Shown piece by piece: positions 37,873 through 50,532 of a stretch of DNA of 64,000 nt (its first letter is position 1; each line of letters opens with the position of its first letter). A model generated the notes under the pieces. It saw nothing but the letters and a program-made list of their open reading frames with translations. It was not told the DNA's origin and did not search any database. Position numbers and translations under genes: made by a program. This DNA comes from Malacoraja senta. Taxonomy: Eukaryota. The stretch spans positions 7,690,001-7,754,000 of the forward strand of contig CM075988.1 of NCBI GenBank assembly GCA_038087875.1. Reading direction: 5' to 3'.

Positions 37873-38821
37873 TGGCAAAAAATATTTTGGATGCCTTTGG
37901 TTCATAAACGAGGATCCATTCCTTACAACATTTTATTTATATTGCCTGTGTTTAGTTTAGTTTAGAGATACAACATGCAAACAGGCACTTTGACCCACCG
38001 AGTCTATTAGTTCTATATTATTCCACTTTCTCATCTATTCTCTACACAAATGGGGCAATTTTTACACTGGCCAATTAACCCCCAAACCTGCATGTCTTTT
38101 GGATGTGAGAAGAAATCGGAGCACCCAGTGCAACCCCACGCGGTCAAAGGGAGATGTTTAAACAGAGCTCGGCTTTATGTCTGCATGTGTTAATGGTCAG
38201 GTAATGCTGGATGACTTTCGTCAATGTTCAGTTGTGCATTGGCAATGGAGAGACCCAATGTTCTGAATATTCTTGATCCTGCTAACTCTAAGTGCAAAGT
38301 GTATAGTGGATATTGTTTACAGCTTGATTTTGGACGGGGTACTGATTGGGGATGATCAGCCATGATCACATTGAATGGTGGTGTTGGCTCAAAGGTTCGA
38401 ATGGCCTACTCCTGCACCTATTGTTTATTGTCTATTTGTTGTCTCTGCAGAGTTTTGTCTGCCTTAGGCACAACCACTAGTTGTTTTTCCCACTCATTCT
38501 AATGTGCTGCACATTGTACAGTAGCAATTTGGTTAAGTTACTGATCCACCATCCAAGTCTATTGATCCTAGCACATGTTCAAAGCCCATCAAGGCAGATG
38601 GAGAACTCAAGTTCAAGTAATTTTTTAAAGTAATGATTTCTCTCAGTAGCATGAAACCATTGGATTGTTGTTAGAACCCATCTTTTTTACTAATGTAATT
38701 CAGAGAAGGAAATCTGCTCTCTCTATCCCATCTGGCCTATGTGTGGTTCCAAACCATGTGATTCAATCCCAACGACCCAACATATGATGAAAGAATGGAT
38801 CGACTGGGTCATCACACAAGC

Positions 38822-39220
38822 CCAGCCCAGACCATCACACAAACCAACCTCCTTTCCATTGACTCCATCTACACTTCATACTGCGAAGTCAAGGCTGCCA
38901 GCATAATCAAGGACGAGTCGCCCCCCAGATGCTCCTCTCTCCCATCAGGCAAGAGATACAGAAGTGTGAAAATGCACACCTCCAGATATAGGAACAGTTT
39001 CTTCCCAGCCGTTATCAGGCAACTGAGCCGTCCCATCAGCAACTATAGAACGTTCCTGATCTACCATCAACCTCATTGGAGATCTTCGGACTATCTTTAA
39101 TCCCTTTATCCTGTATCTGTACATTTTGGATGGCTTGATTGTAATCATGTATAGTCTCTCCACTGACAGGATAGCATGTAAGAAAAAAGCTTTTCACTGT
39201 ACCTCGGTACATGTGACACT
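38822..39220 (+). mobile_element. Rex1/Babar-like LINE 3' end
   Basis: AQTITQTNL.SIDSIYTS.C..KAASIIKD...LPSGKRYRS..TSRYRNSFFPAVIR. A related 3' piece lies at about 9285-9590. Confidence 0.75.
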
Positions 39221-40299
39221 AATTTTTTCCTCTCATTAATAATTTTTTGATTCTGCTCTGCAGAATTCTGAACCTCTTTATTCCCAGGCTTTGCTCTTTT
39301 TTGACAATATTCTAAGCTTTTTCCTTTCGATCTAATGCTCTCTAATTTATTAGCCTTTATTTTTTATTTTTCCTGCTTTTTATTATTTTTCCTGTTGTTT
39401 TTCGTGTCCTCAAGGCACACATATTAATGGTAAATTCTTTAAATCTTAGTCATTCCTCTTAAGAATAGTCTCAACCCGAAACTCTGCCCATTCCTTCTCT
39501 CCAGAAATGCTGCCTGTCCTGCTGAGTTACTTTGTGTTTATCTTCCATTCCTTTTAATATAGTTTTCCGATTGACCATAGCAAACGCGCAACTCATACCT
39601 TACTCAGATTTAAAAATCCTTATTCCAAAGTCATATTTTGCTTGAAAATGGACAAAGAGGTCCAGGTATAACTTGCTGACTTTAATGCCTTGGCATCGGA
39701 AATAATGAGTGCCAATGACAGAGAAATTTAATATGGGTCCAGGTCCAAAGGTCAAAACTGGAGTGTTACAGAAATGGTTGTTGGTTTGGAAGAGAATGCA
39801 AAATAAATGAGTGAGAAACAAAGCTTACTAGTTTTCTTGAGCAAGAATGAGGGTTTTCAAAGTGACTTGATTAAAAACGAAGTAATGTAATCTGGGACAA
39901 CGGTGGAGGAAGTGGGATAATAGGTGAATTTGGCCGGGTTTGTTTTTACTGAGGGTAGTGTAGAAAATGCCCAGGAACTCGGATTTCATGGGTCATTATT
40001 TCCGGGAGGCTAGCGATATGGAGGAAGTAGGTGGTTAGGCCAAAATCAAAGGAAGATTGAAATCCAAGAATGGAATTTTAAATTTGAGAATGTTGCTGGA
40101 TTGGGAGTAATTATATATCAGTCAGAACAGGTGTGTTGGGTGAATAATATATTGATTTCTATGGAACACAATATGTCTAAATTAGCTGCTCTTCATAGTT
40201 TGCCCAAGTTTTGCTGTTTCTCTTAATGTTATCTTTTCATGTTGTAATGTTCCTCATAGCCATTCCATTATTTGCAGTTTGATTAATTTCCTTACAGTT

Positions 40300-41160
40300 A
40301 ACATAGAACAGTGCAGTGCAGGAACAGGCCCTTCGGCCCACAGTAACCTTGCTGAGCATGATGCCAAGATAAATGAACCCTCTCTGCCTGCACATGATCC
40401 GTATCCCTCCATTCCCTGCATATCTATGTACCTATCCAAAAGCCTTTTAAACACTACTATTGTATCAGCCTCCACCACCACTCCTGGCTGTGTATTCCAG
40501 GCACCCACCTCCCTCTGTGTTTAAAAAAAATAGTCCCAGCACATCTCTTGTAAACTTTGGCCCTTGACATTTAGTACATTGACAGTATAGGCCTTGGGAG
40601 ATGATGTTGCAGCTATATAAGATGTTGGTGAGGCCACATTTAGAGTATTGTGTTCAGTCCTGGGCACTGTTAAAGTAAAGATGTTGTCAAGCTGGAAAGG
40701 GTGCAGAGAAGATTTACAAGGATGTCACAGGACTCGAGAGTCTGAGCTCTAAGGAGAGGGTGAGCAGGCTAGATCTGTATTCCTTGGAGGGCAGGAGGAT
40801 GAGTGGTGATCTTATAGAGGTGTAAAGAATCATGAGAGGAATAGATCAGGTAGATGCACAGACTAGGGGAATCAAGAACCAGAGGATACAAGTTTAAGGT
40901 GAGGGAGAAAAGATTTAATAGGAACCTGAGGGATAACTTTTTCACACAAAGGGTGGTGCGTGAGTGGAACGAGCTGCCGACAACCGTAGTTGAGGAAGAT
41001 ACTATTGCAATGTTTAGGAAATATTTGGACAGGTGCATGAATAGAACAGGTTTAGAGGGACATGGGCCAACACAGGCAATGGGACTAGTGTAGATCTGGC
41101 ATGTTGGTCGGTGCAGGCAAGTTTGGCTGAAGGGTGTGTTTCCACACCTGATGACTATTT
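40300..41160. mobile_element. Two CR1 fragments in opposite orientation (about 40300-40565 on -, about 40590-41160 on +)
   Basis: WNTQPGVVVEAD on the - strand; RPHLEYCVQ and FFTQRVVREWNELP on the + strand. Confidence 0.8.
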
Positions 41161-41434
41161 GACATTTTTATTCATGTGAATGACATCCCATTAGTTGATC
41201 ATAATCTGGTGCTTTAACTATGTTAGCTAGGAAGGAGCTGATTCAAAGTTATGATGTAGTGGGATTTGCATTTAGTTGCTTGGCCTCTGAATTTTCACAC
41301 TGATGCTTGTTTTTGGTTTTGATGTTTGGAAAATAATTAGCTCAATCCGAACGGCCATAATTTATTTATTTCTATAATGCAAAAGCAGAATCATAAATCC
41401 ATGGAAACCTGAATGTTTTCTGAATAAAAGGAAA

Positions 41435-41865
41435 AACATTTATATACTGTTTTTCACAGCCTCACAGCATCCAAAAAGCTTTAAGTGAAGCATGAAATAT
41501 TACTGAATTATAGCCATTGTCGAAAAATCTAAAATGTGGCAGCCCACAGTGGCAAAGTGAGGTGCACAAATGGTAATGATTTACTCACGTATTTTTAATG
41601 TATCGTAGATTACGAGATAAATCTTGGCCAGAATAGTGGAGAGGACACCTTCAATATTCTTCACACGTTGTCAAAAAGCATTTTATGTCCTCTTGTTAGG
41701 ACACATCTACTTCGGTTTAACACCTCACGTAAAAGAAATCTGAAAACTGGCATTGTCCATCGATGCTAAAGTGGTTGCATCTTAGATACTGTGCGCAAAC
41801 ATCTGGACTAGGACTTCAGCCCTAATTATAGAAGTGAAAGGTTTGCCGCTGAGAGAAGGGAGGCA
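41435..41865 (-). mobile_element. Highly diverged ancient SINE (SacSINE1/Deu-domain-like)
   Basis: An L2-type tail remnant (cattt.atata) followed by gagataaatcttggccag and cggtttaacacctcac blocks resembling the Deu domain; recognised from memory. Confidence 0.45.
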
Positions 41866-42964
41866 CATTCAGTTGTATAAATTGAGAAGACAATTTGTAG
41901 ATTGGAGACACAAGTATTTGCACATGCTGAAATCTCGAGCATAAAACCAACAGCTGGAGGAACTAAGCGGGTCAGGCAGCATCAGTGGAGAGAAATGGAT
42001 AGTCAGTATTTTGGACGGAAACCCTTCATCTGAACTGAACGAGTAGGGTCAACGTAAAGAGTTGATGGGATGGGGCAAGATCTGGCAAGTGATTTGTAGA
42101 TGCTTTACCTCAGAATTCAACAGCATCTTCTTCCTAGATGAAGGCTGATGTAAAGTCCTTATTTAATACCCCAGTCATAGAGTTTAGTTTATTGTCACGT
42201 GTACTGAGCTACAGTTTAAAGCTTCACGGTCATTCTCCCTACTTTCATTCAGACATACAGGCAGACATTCTCTCCAGCTCCATGAATAGATTTGTTCTTT
42301 GGACTCCAATTGTCTTCTCAACTTTTCATCCTGACCTGTTCACGTGACTATAGAATATTTTGGGATTTGGGATCAGCCTTCCTGCATCCGTAGACTTGGG
42401 AAGTGCCGCCAAGTTCCCACATGACATAGGATGTACATTCCAGGGAGTTGGGCTGCGCTATTCCTGCTGTGCTTCTATTTATTCGATTAACTTGACCAAC
42501 AGGAAAAAAAAACTTAAAATACCATTACTGTTTCACTTACCCCAAAAGAAATGTATTTAATTCACCAGCTCCTATTTTAATAGAAATGCTTGTTTGATCT
42601 CACCAGGCCTCTGTTTCCCACACATTGTAAATTCGCCAGGCTTCCTTTAAAAGCCCCATTAATCTCTTGGTTCTTATTTCCTCTTTATCAATTTACTTAT
42701 CATTGTTTGATGATTTTTTAAAAACCCGTTTTGATCCCCAGATTACAATGTTTCTTTTTTAGGGTAACATTGTAAGCTTTTAATTTTCAATGCTGAAGAT
42801 CTCTCATTAGCCATGATCGTATCAAATGTCCTGTGGAATTTTTTGTTCCAAGCAAATGTGATTCTTTGAAAATAAAAACTTTGCTTTTCAAGTTAGCCAT
42901 CACTCATCTACCGTCATATCTTCCAGTCTAATTTTCCAACCTACCTTTGGGAACGAGATCCTAA

Positions 42965-43305
42965 TGGGCATGTCCCACTTACGCGACTTTTTCGGGAACT
43001 GCCGGCAACCGTCATAGGTCGTTACATGTCAGCGAAAATGTTCAACATGTTGAAAATCCAGCGGCAACCAGAACAAGGTACGACTCTTTGGGCGACTACT
43101 CATGACCATACAGGCTTCACCCCGCAACATGTCGCCAGGATGTCGCCTGTACGGTCGTGAGTAGTTTCCTCAGTCGCCCAAAGAGTCGTAGCGTCTTTCT
43201 GGTCGCCGCTGGATTTCCAATATGTTGAACATTTTCGGCGACCTGCAATGACCTATGACGGGTGCCGGCAGTCGCCGAAAAAGTCGCCAAAGTGGGACAG
43301 GCCTA
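42965..43305. mobile_element. PIF/Harbinger-type foldback MITE with TAA target-site duplication
   Basis: Termini tgggcatgtcccact/agtgggacaggccta; palindromic over almost its whole length; TAA at 42962-42964 and 43306-43308. Confidence 0.9.
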
Positions 43306-43420
43306 TAATACTTCCTTTAATTGGACTGATAAAATTTTCAGTTCACTTTAATTCTATCCTAATTCTCAAGTCAAAGGTCCTTCCTGTGTTTTTATCTCAT
43401 CCTTTTATCAGCTTTTAAAA

Positions 43421-44363
43421 CATGGGGACTGGGCAATCTGAACCCGAGCACCGTTGTAAGCGGCCGAAGGAGCGCAACCCTCTGGGGGGGGGGGGGGGGG
43501 GGAGTGGGAGGAGATAAAATCGTTCGTTGTCATGCACACGTGTCATCAGCCCGCCAGGGAATGTGTGTCCCCTCCCCCATGTTTTAAAAGCGATTTACTA
43601 TGGCTACACCTCCGCTCCACCCGACCCACAGCCTGTCACAGTGCGGCAGCATGGGGGAGATGAAGCGGAGGGCGGCCATGGCCGTGGGAGAGTGGGGGCT
43701 GTCCCGAGGGTTGCTCTCCTTCGGCTGCTTACAACTTGATGCTTGGGTTCAGGTTGCCCAGTCACCTATGGCTTGTGTGGTAAAATGACCAACACATACC
43801 CTTCTCCACTGGCGGGAGGTTGGGGGTCATTTTCCCACACAAGCCATAGGTGACTGGGCAATCTGAACCCAAGCACCAAGTTGTAAGCGGCCGAAGGTGC
43901 GCATCCCTCGGGACAGCCCCCACTCTCCCACGGCCACCCTCCGCGGGCTGTGGGTCGGGTGGAGTGGAGGTGTGGGACAATGTTCATCCCTCCACAGTGA
44001 TGTGATGGACGTGGGGGTCTGGACCAATCGCTGACAAGTCCCGCAAGAAACCAAGAACCAAGAACCAACGTCATGTCCGTTATTTGACTTTTCTGTTGAG
44101 CGGCATTCGGTTCATTGGCTTGTAGGCGACGCCGCCTTTTGGGTAGGTGGCGTTTCAGCAGAGCGGACATTCGGTGAATTTGCTTTTAGGCGACGCAGCC
44201 TTTCGGTTAGTTGGTTTTATAGGCGTCCCGCCTTTTCGGTTAATTTGCATTTAGGCGTCCCACCCTTTCGGTTAGTTGGCGTTTCGGCTTTGTTTCCATT
44301 CGGTTATTTGGCTTCCACTTCTTTGCTTCGGCTTCTCGTCCATCGGCGCCATGTCCGGGTACC
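43421..44363. mobile_element. Unclassified GC-rich repeat with internal inverted arms and short subterminal repeats (probable DNA-transposon derivative)
   Basis: About 43607-43790 is inverted relative to about 43824-43973. A third partial copy lies at 43427-43482, and ggcg...ccttt.cggtt units repeat across 44120-44290. Confidence 0.55.
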
Positions 44364-44765
44364 ACCTGCCTCAAATACCTCCTCTGGCAGCTCGTTCCGT
44401 ATACTCACCACCCTTTGAAAATGTTTCCCCTCAGTTTCTTCTTAAATCTTTTTCCTCTTACCATAAAACTATGTCTACTGGTTCTCGATTCTTCTACTCT
44501 GGATAATAGACTCTGCATTCACTATCTATTCCCCTCATGATCTTATACACCTCTAAAAGATATACCCCTCAGCCTCTGGTCTCCAAGATATGAAGTCATT
44601 CACTCTATATTCCCCTCATGATTTACACACCTCTAAAAGATCCCCACAGCCCCCTGCACTCCAAGGAATGAAGTCCTAGCCCCCTGCACAATCTCTCTCT
44701 GCAGCTCCGGCACTGAGGCCTGACAAGATAGGTTTTCTCTAATACTCTTTCCAGCTTAATGGCAT
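44364..44765 (-). mobile_element. CR1 3' fragment with an internal duplication of about 80 bp
   Basis: cattcacta..tattcccctcatgat..tacacctctaaaagat occurs twice. Confidence 0.7.
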
Positions 44766-45262
44766 GAAACTGAAGATGCTCATCCAAAAATTATTCTCCA
44801 TGCCATTTTCTAGTTTTGCTTGGAGGTTTGCTGACTCTGTCTGATATGGGCCCCAAACAATACATTCCCTCTCAATGATATTACAGAAGGCTGTGAGATG
44901 ATGTCTATATTATTCATGAGCAGTTTTCATTTTGATGTGATGTTGCCCTGCCAGGGTGCTCTTTCAGTAATGACTGACTAATGATTCACTTCCTCACACA
45001 TAATAATTGATAGCAACGATTGAGCGGTTACTTGTAAAAGCGTTGTGGGCGGGGTGAACGCTGATGGGCCTGTGCACAAGGGGCCCTGTGATCCCACTGG
45101 TCCTTTGAAATTGATTACAGGTACAGCAATAAATCATCGTCTTCCTTTTAGCGTTGTGAGGCATATGGGGCAGCTTCTCCCCTGTGGCGCTCAGTAAATC
45201 AACCTTAATGGGGGTCATTTTAACATTGCACGTCTATTGGGCTAACAATCGGGTGGCTGCCA

Positions 45263-45421
45263 GTTTAGTTTAGTTTAGAGCTACAACGCGGAAACAGGCC
45301 CTTCGGCCCACCGAGTCCGACCAGCGATATCCCCACACGTTAACGCTACCCAACACACACTAGGGACAATTTCCACTTATACCAAGCCAATTAACCTACA
45401 AACCTGTACGTCCTTAGAGTG
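45263..45421 (-). mobile_element. Partial tRNA-derived SINE (3' half)
   Basis: (tttag)n tail and core. Confidence 0.8.
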
Positions 45422-46299
45422 CACAGTTTTACAGTTAGTTTTACAGCTCTTCCAGATATTTGTTTCATTCATCGTTGAAGCTAATGGAAAGTAATATTGG
45501 GCAGTAAGTAAAGCTGGTGTTCTCCTTTAACCCAGCGGGCCACTGTTAGTTTGGTTAAAATTATTCCTGATCACCTGGTCCTTTTAACATAAACAAGGGT
45601 GTTAAAAGGGTTTCAATGGAGGGAAACGTTGTATGTTAATGTCCCTCAACAGGTAGTTCTGAAGGTTTGGATCTTGTTCAATGTCAACTCTTTATAATCA
45701 GTGACTCAAGCCGCAGTCTGTTGTGGCTTCAGTGAAATCATGTATGGCATTGTACCAAGATCTGATTTTTTAATAATATAAATCCAAAAATGTAATCCCA
45801 AAGACATGTGGGTTAGAGTCATCGTCATAGAGTCATACGGCATGGAAACAGGCTCTTCGGCCCAACTTGCTCATGTCGACAAGGATGCCCCATGTACATT
45901 AGTCTCACCTGCCTATAGAGTCATACAGCATGGAAAAGGCTATTGTTGCTAGGTTATCTTGCCCCCTGTATGTAGAAGAGTTGTGGAATCTTGAGGTGGG
46001 AGTAGTTGATGGGAATAGGGTAGAAGAGTAGGATTAGTGTCAAGTGGTATTAATAGTAAACATAGATTTACTGGGCCAAAGGCCTGTGCTGTATCTCTCT
46101 TTGACTCTAAAAGCTGTTTGTCATGATCTTTTTCATATCAATTACAGGAATCTGGATTTAGGATGGAGACCATGCTCTGTCAAAACTGCATGAGTGTAAA
46201 TGAAGCAATCTTGGGTCATCTAATTTCTTGAGAGTCGGACTCCATGGCATTAGGCTGTCCAGATGGGTCAATGAATTATCTTTAAATAAGTGGTGGAAA

Positions 46300-47070
46300 T
46301 CAATTCAAGTGCTGGAAATAATCAGCAGGTCAGATTGCACATATGGGACAAGAAAGAGTTCATGGTTCATGTCAAAGACCCTTTGTCCTAGGGAGAAACT
46401 TGTTAAATTGTAGGGAAGATGAAGGAGGGAGGGATCATAAGATCATAAGTTGATAAGCGATAGGAGCAGAATTAGGCCATTCGACCCATCAAGTCAACTC
46501 CGTAATTCAATCATGGCTGATCTATCTCTCCCTCTTAACCCTTCCTGCCTTACCCATAACCTCTGACACCCATATGTCTCTGATAGGGTATAACCGGGGT
46601 GACCACAGGAGTAAGCAATAAATAGGTTCACCGATCAATGGGTGAATGGGAGCAGTTAGAGAGGGAAAACATAGACAAAAGAATGATGGTTGCTAAATGC
46701 AAAGTGTGAATTAATGCCTGACAGATCAGACCCAACACACCCTCCACTCCTAGAGAGAGAAAAAAGAAAGTGTATGTGGAGGTGGAGGTGGTAGAAGGTG
46801 CAAGCAGCCGAGTCAATACCACGGATGCACAGGCAGAAAAATCACAATAACTGAAGTTTATAGAATTCAATATTAAGCCCAGAATGTTGTAGCGTCACGA
46901 GGATGTTCTGTTCCTCAAGCTAGTATTGATGCTCTTTGGAACAATACAGGAGGCTGCAGACTGAGAGGTCGGAGTGGGGAATGAGTGTGGGATGTGATCG
47001 GAGATTATTAAAGTGGCGGGGATCAGGAAGCTAAGGGATTCCCCATGGACTGAACGCAGGTAGTCTGCAA
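46300..47070 (-). mobile_element. Penelope-like element, 3' piece (continues at 52690-53280)
   Basis: Reverse complement encodes the GIY-YIG C-terminal region (FADYLRSV..., tgaattc end motif) followed by a degenerate terminal repeat. Confidence 0.7.
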
Positions 47071-47773
47071 AGTTCAAGTTCAAGTTCACATTGATTGCCA
47101 CATGCACCAATTGTAGCACAGTGGAATTTGACTTACCATGCAGCCATACAAACAAAAGAGCACAATACACAATAGAATATAACATGAACATCCACCACAG
47201 TGGAATAGTAAGATTAAATGAGAACTTACCAGTTTGAAGTTTGATCTTTATTTTATGAGGAGTTACGTTGGTGATTACGTGAAGAAGCCCGTCAGGGCGC
47301 ATGCGCGTCAATCTTCAAAGCAGCGGTATGAAATCACAGACAAAACCATAATTGAAGTAACATATTAAGATGATCAACATGAGAACTACCATTATGACCT
47401 TTTTTCTATGAGAGAGGGTTGGGCGTGGCAGGCACGTAATCACCAACATAACTCCTCATAAAATAAAGATCAAACTTCAAACTGGTAAGTTCTCGTTTAA
47501 TCTTACTATTTTACTTCGGAGTCACGTGAGTGACTACGTGAAGATTTTAAAGCTCTGTGATTTTTATGCCGCAGATCAAAATCCCGGCTTCTCACTGCAT
47601 CGATTGACTGAGTATCATCAATAATGCTGTAAACATGACATTGCATATCATGCAAAAACAAAACAGTTTTATTTTTGGTCATAAAACAAGCAATAAACCC
47701 TCTTAATGTAGGGCAACAAACGAAACAGAATGAAACAGTATTGAAAACAGACTTTAAACAATAGCAACAGCAC

Positions 47774-48384
47774 TCAATATTGAGTTAGCAAACAGCCCTC
47801 CATCGCAAACGGCCGATGGTAGTATTGCTGAAACACAAGTTCATTTTTCCAACCTGCGGCTTTTAATATATGGTCGATGGGAACGTCCATCGCCCTGGCC
47901 GCGGATGTTGCTACTGCGCTAGTGGAATGAGATGTAAACACATAAATGTTAATTCCTGCCTGAACCAACTCTTGCTTTAACCACCTTGAGATAGTCTGAA
48001 CTGCCACTCTTTTATGTTGGCTTATTGTAACTGACAAATAATCCTGTTTCTTCTTGTCTTAAAGCCCTTGTGGCTTCAATGTAATGTAACAAATGTGTCC
48101 TTACACATAAACATGGAGCTGTAGGATATGCTGAGAACACAATCTTAAAACCTGTCACACCTGGCCTGCTTTGTTTGAGCAGGTCAGAAATATAAAACAG
48201 AATATTCTCTGTATTCACTTCCATTCTCTCGAACTGAAGTTTTTTGGAAAGTCTGCACTCTCTGTACTGACACCAATGCCATTAGCATAGCCAATTTCAT
48301 GGTTAATTTTAACAAAGTTATAGCCGTGACAGGGACCCAATGACGAAGTATGTTACGAACAACGCTTACCTCGCAGATTACCAT
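47774..48384 (-). pseudogene. DIRS tyrosine recombinase remnant (split over three frames)
   Basis: Motifs KLAMLMALVSVQRVQ, LLKQSRPG, LCVRTHLLHYIEAT, TISRWLKQEL, FTSHSTSAVATS and AAGWKNELVFQQYY. Confidence 0.9.
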
Positions 48385-48859
48385 ATACCTAGGCTTAGGC
48401 GGTTTGGAATTAGATTCCTTTCATCAACCTAGATATGAGAGGGTGAGAACCTATACTTTGTGTCCGTGTACCTATTACAAGATATGCGGACAAAGCACTT
48501 CTAGCTGTATTGATAGCAGTATAGCTAAGACCTTCATCATAATAAAGTGTAGATAAACTCTAACACATTTTCAATAACTACAGTATCATATTGAATATTC
48601 TTTTGAACACAATATTGTTCCTTTTTTTTTTTTTTATTTTTTTTTTTCATAAGTCATATACTGTTTTTTGAGTACTCTTTCTCCAGACTGCAGCGAGTAT
48701 ATACACCGTTGGCCTAGAAAGTCCTCGACCAATGTAAGGCATTCTTGAAACCTGCAAACTAACAGATCCATACCGTCACATAACGGATGAACTTAATGCG
48801 TTACTGGATGCTCCAGCAAATTCCTACTGTTTGGAATCAGCAAAAAGAGGTTGGATTGC

Positions 48860-49050
48860 TATCTGTAACATCAAAGGGAACCATGGTTGAATCAGGCAAT
48901 TTGGTATCACCAAAACCCCTGAAGCGGCATCCTGCTTGATTTTCTCAAACACCGACCTATGAGGCAGAATGGTGGGAAAATGTACACAAACATATCATCC
49001 CAATTTAGTGAAAAAGCATCAATTGCCACTGCCCCTGGATCTGGTGCCTA
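48860..49050 (-). pseudogene. DIRS Dam-like methyltransferase domain remnant
   Basis: Manual translation of the - strand gives PDPGAVAIDAFSLNWDDMFVYIFPPFCL...QPWFPLM, the DAF..W..Y.FPPF signature of the DIRS MT domain. Confidence 0.8.
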
Positions 49051-49335
49051 TGAAACATATTTTGGCCTTCCATATAGAAGTACTATGTTCTTGAACACAT
49101 CCTGGTTCCACATCCACTCTGTGTTATGATGGAATTTTCGTGAGCTGCCATCTGGTACTACATTAAGTTTCCCTGGCAGATAGATAGCTCCAATCCAAAT
49201 CTCTCTATCCCTACTCCAGGTCCCATTGTATTTGCCAACCTGTCACATGATAACAATTTGATTCCACCCATGTGATTCATATCAGCAACTGCTGCAGTGT
49301 TGTCTATTTTGCACTGCACATGCAAACTAGTTTAG

Positions 49336-50360
49336 TTAGTGCCATAAGCCTTGAGTCCATAAAATACTCTTGGTTAATTCCCCATGTATGCAGAAGCAAT
49401 GTTCATCTGTCTCCACCGCTGGATCTTGTATCAGTAGCACCCTACCGAAGTGCTCTGACATCTGTCTGCAAATCATGGAAGCTTGGTCCAATAACACTTT
49501 GGAACTACTAGTGGACACATGCTGAATCCACCATTGTACATCAGCAACAGCCTCTATTGATAGAAGCATAGGTCTATTATAATGACCCCAATGTATCCTC
49601 AATGCTTGTTCCTTTGACCTTTGTAATTGTAGATAATAAAGTGTCCATATTGAACTGCTGGAAATGCTGGCAGCCATTACCACAGCAGTCTTGTCACCTG
49701 GCTAATTGAAGGCTGTGTGTTAGCAATTAACTTGATATAGCTCTTAATTAGCTGTACCCTTTTTTGCCTGGGCAAGGTCACAATGATATTGATTAAGTCC
49801 ATTGTGAACCCAACTAGTCAATTTGTGTCACAGGTATAAATTTAGATTCCTCAGAATAGCTTATAAAGCCCAATTAAAAATTGGTTTTTACCAACTGCCA
49901 CTGATGCTTCAGCTGTTTCCTTTGATTGTGCTACAATCAAGATATTATCTAGCTAAGCCATGAGAACATGACCTTGACTTCTCTTCATGCCTAGAATAAG
50001 TTTTAACAACTTTGTAATCCCTCTGGGAGCTGAAGACAAACCATTAGGCAGTGGATTGTATTGGCATAATTCTATCCTGCAAATGAACAGACACTGAATC
50101 CGCATCTTTAAGATCTCCTTCACAAACGTTTCCATCTTAAAATGTCTATACCGTACAAAAGGGTTAAGCCTATTCAGGTCTGTATAATTCTGCATCCCCC
50201 CATCCTTTTTTGGTCTGGGAAAGATATTGGACACAAACTGATGGCTTTGGTAAACTGCCTTAGCAATTACACCTTTATTACATAAGCTTGCAAGTTCCAG
50301 CTGAACTTCCAATTGTTCAGTGATACTGAAGTCAAACTCCTTTTTTGGAACATGTTGCAT
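49336..50360 (-). pseudogene. DIRS reverse transcriptase / RNase H remnants (frameshifted)
   Basis: Motifs FVSNIFPRPKKDGG, DLNRLNPFVRYRHFKMET, LPNGLSSAPR and ADVQWW. Confidence 0.88.
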
Positions 50361-50532
50361 GGGTAAATCAGAATTTGCATTTAAGCTTTATTCGATGCCC
50401 TTGAATAACCTTCAGTATAAACATATCTGAGGTAAACATTTAATTGTATCACATTAGATCTGTCTACATGAGAACCAGACCCTCTTACCTCCTTACCACC
50501 TGGCATTCTTCCCCGGCCTCGAGCTGGATATC

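Noticed and set aside
47774..49050. Recombinase plus methyltransferase as a phage or bacterial insertion or contamination
   Set aside because: Both are standard DIRS1 domains, lying with RT/RNase H between DIRS termini.
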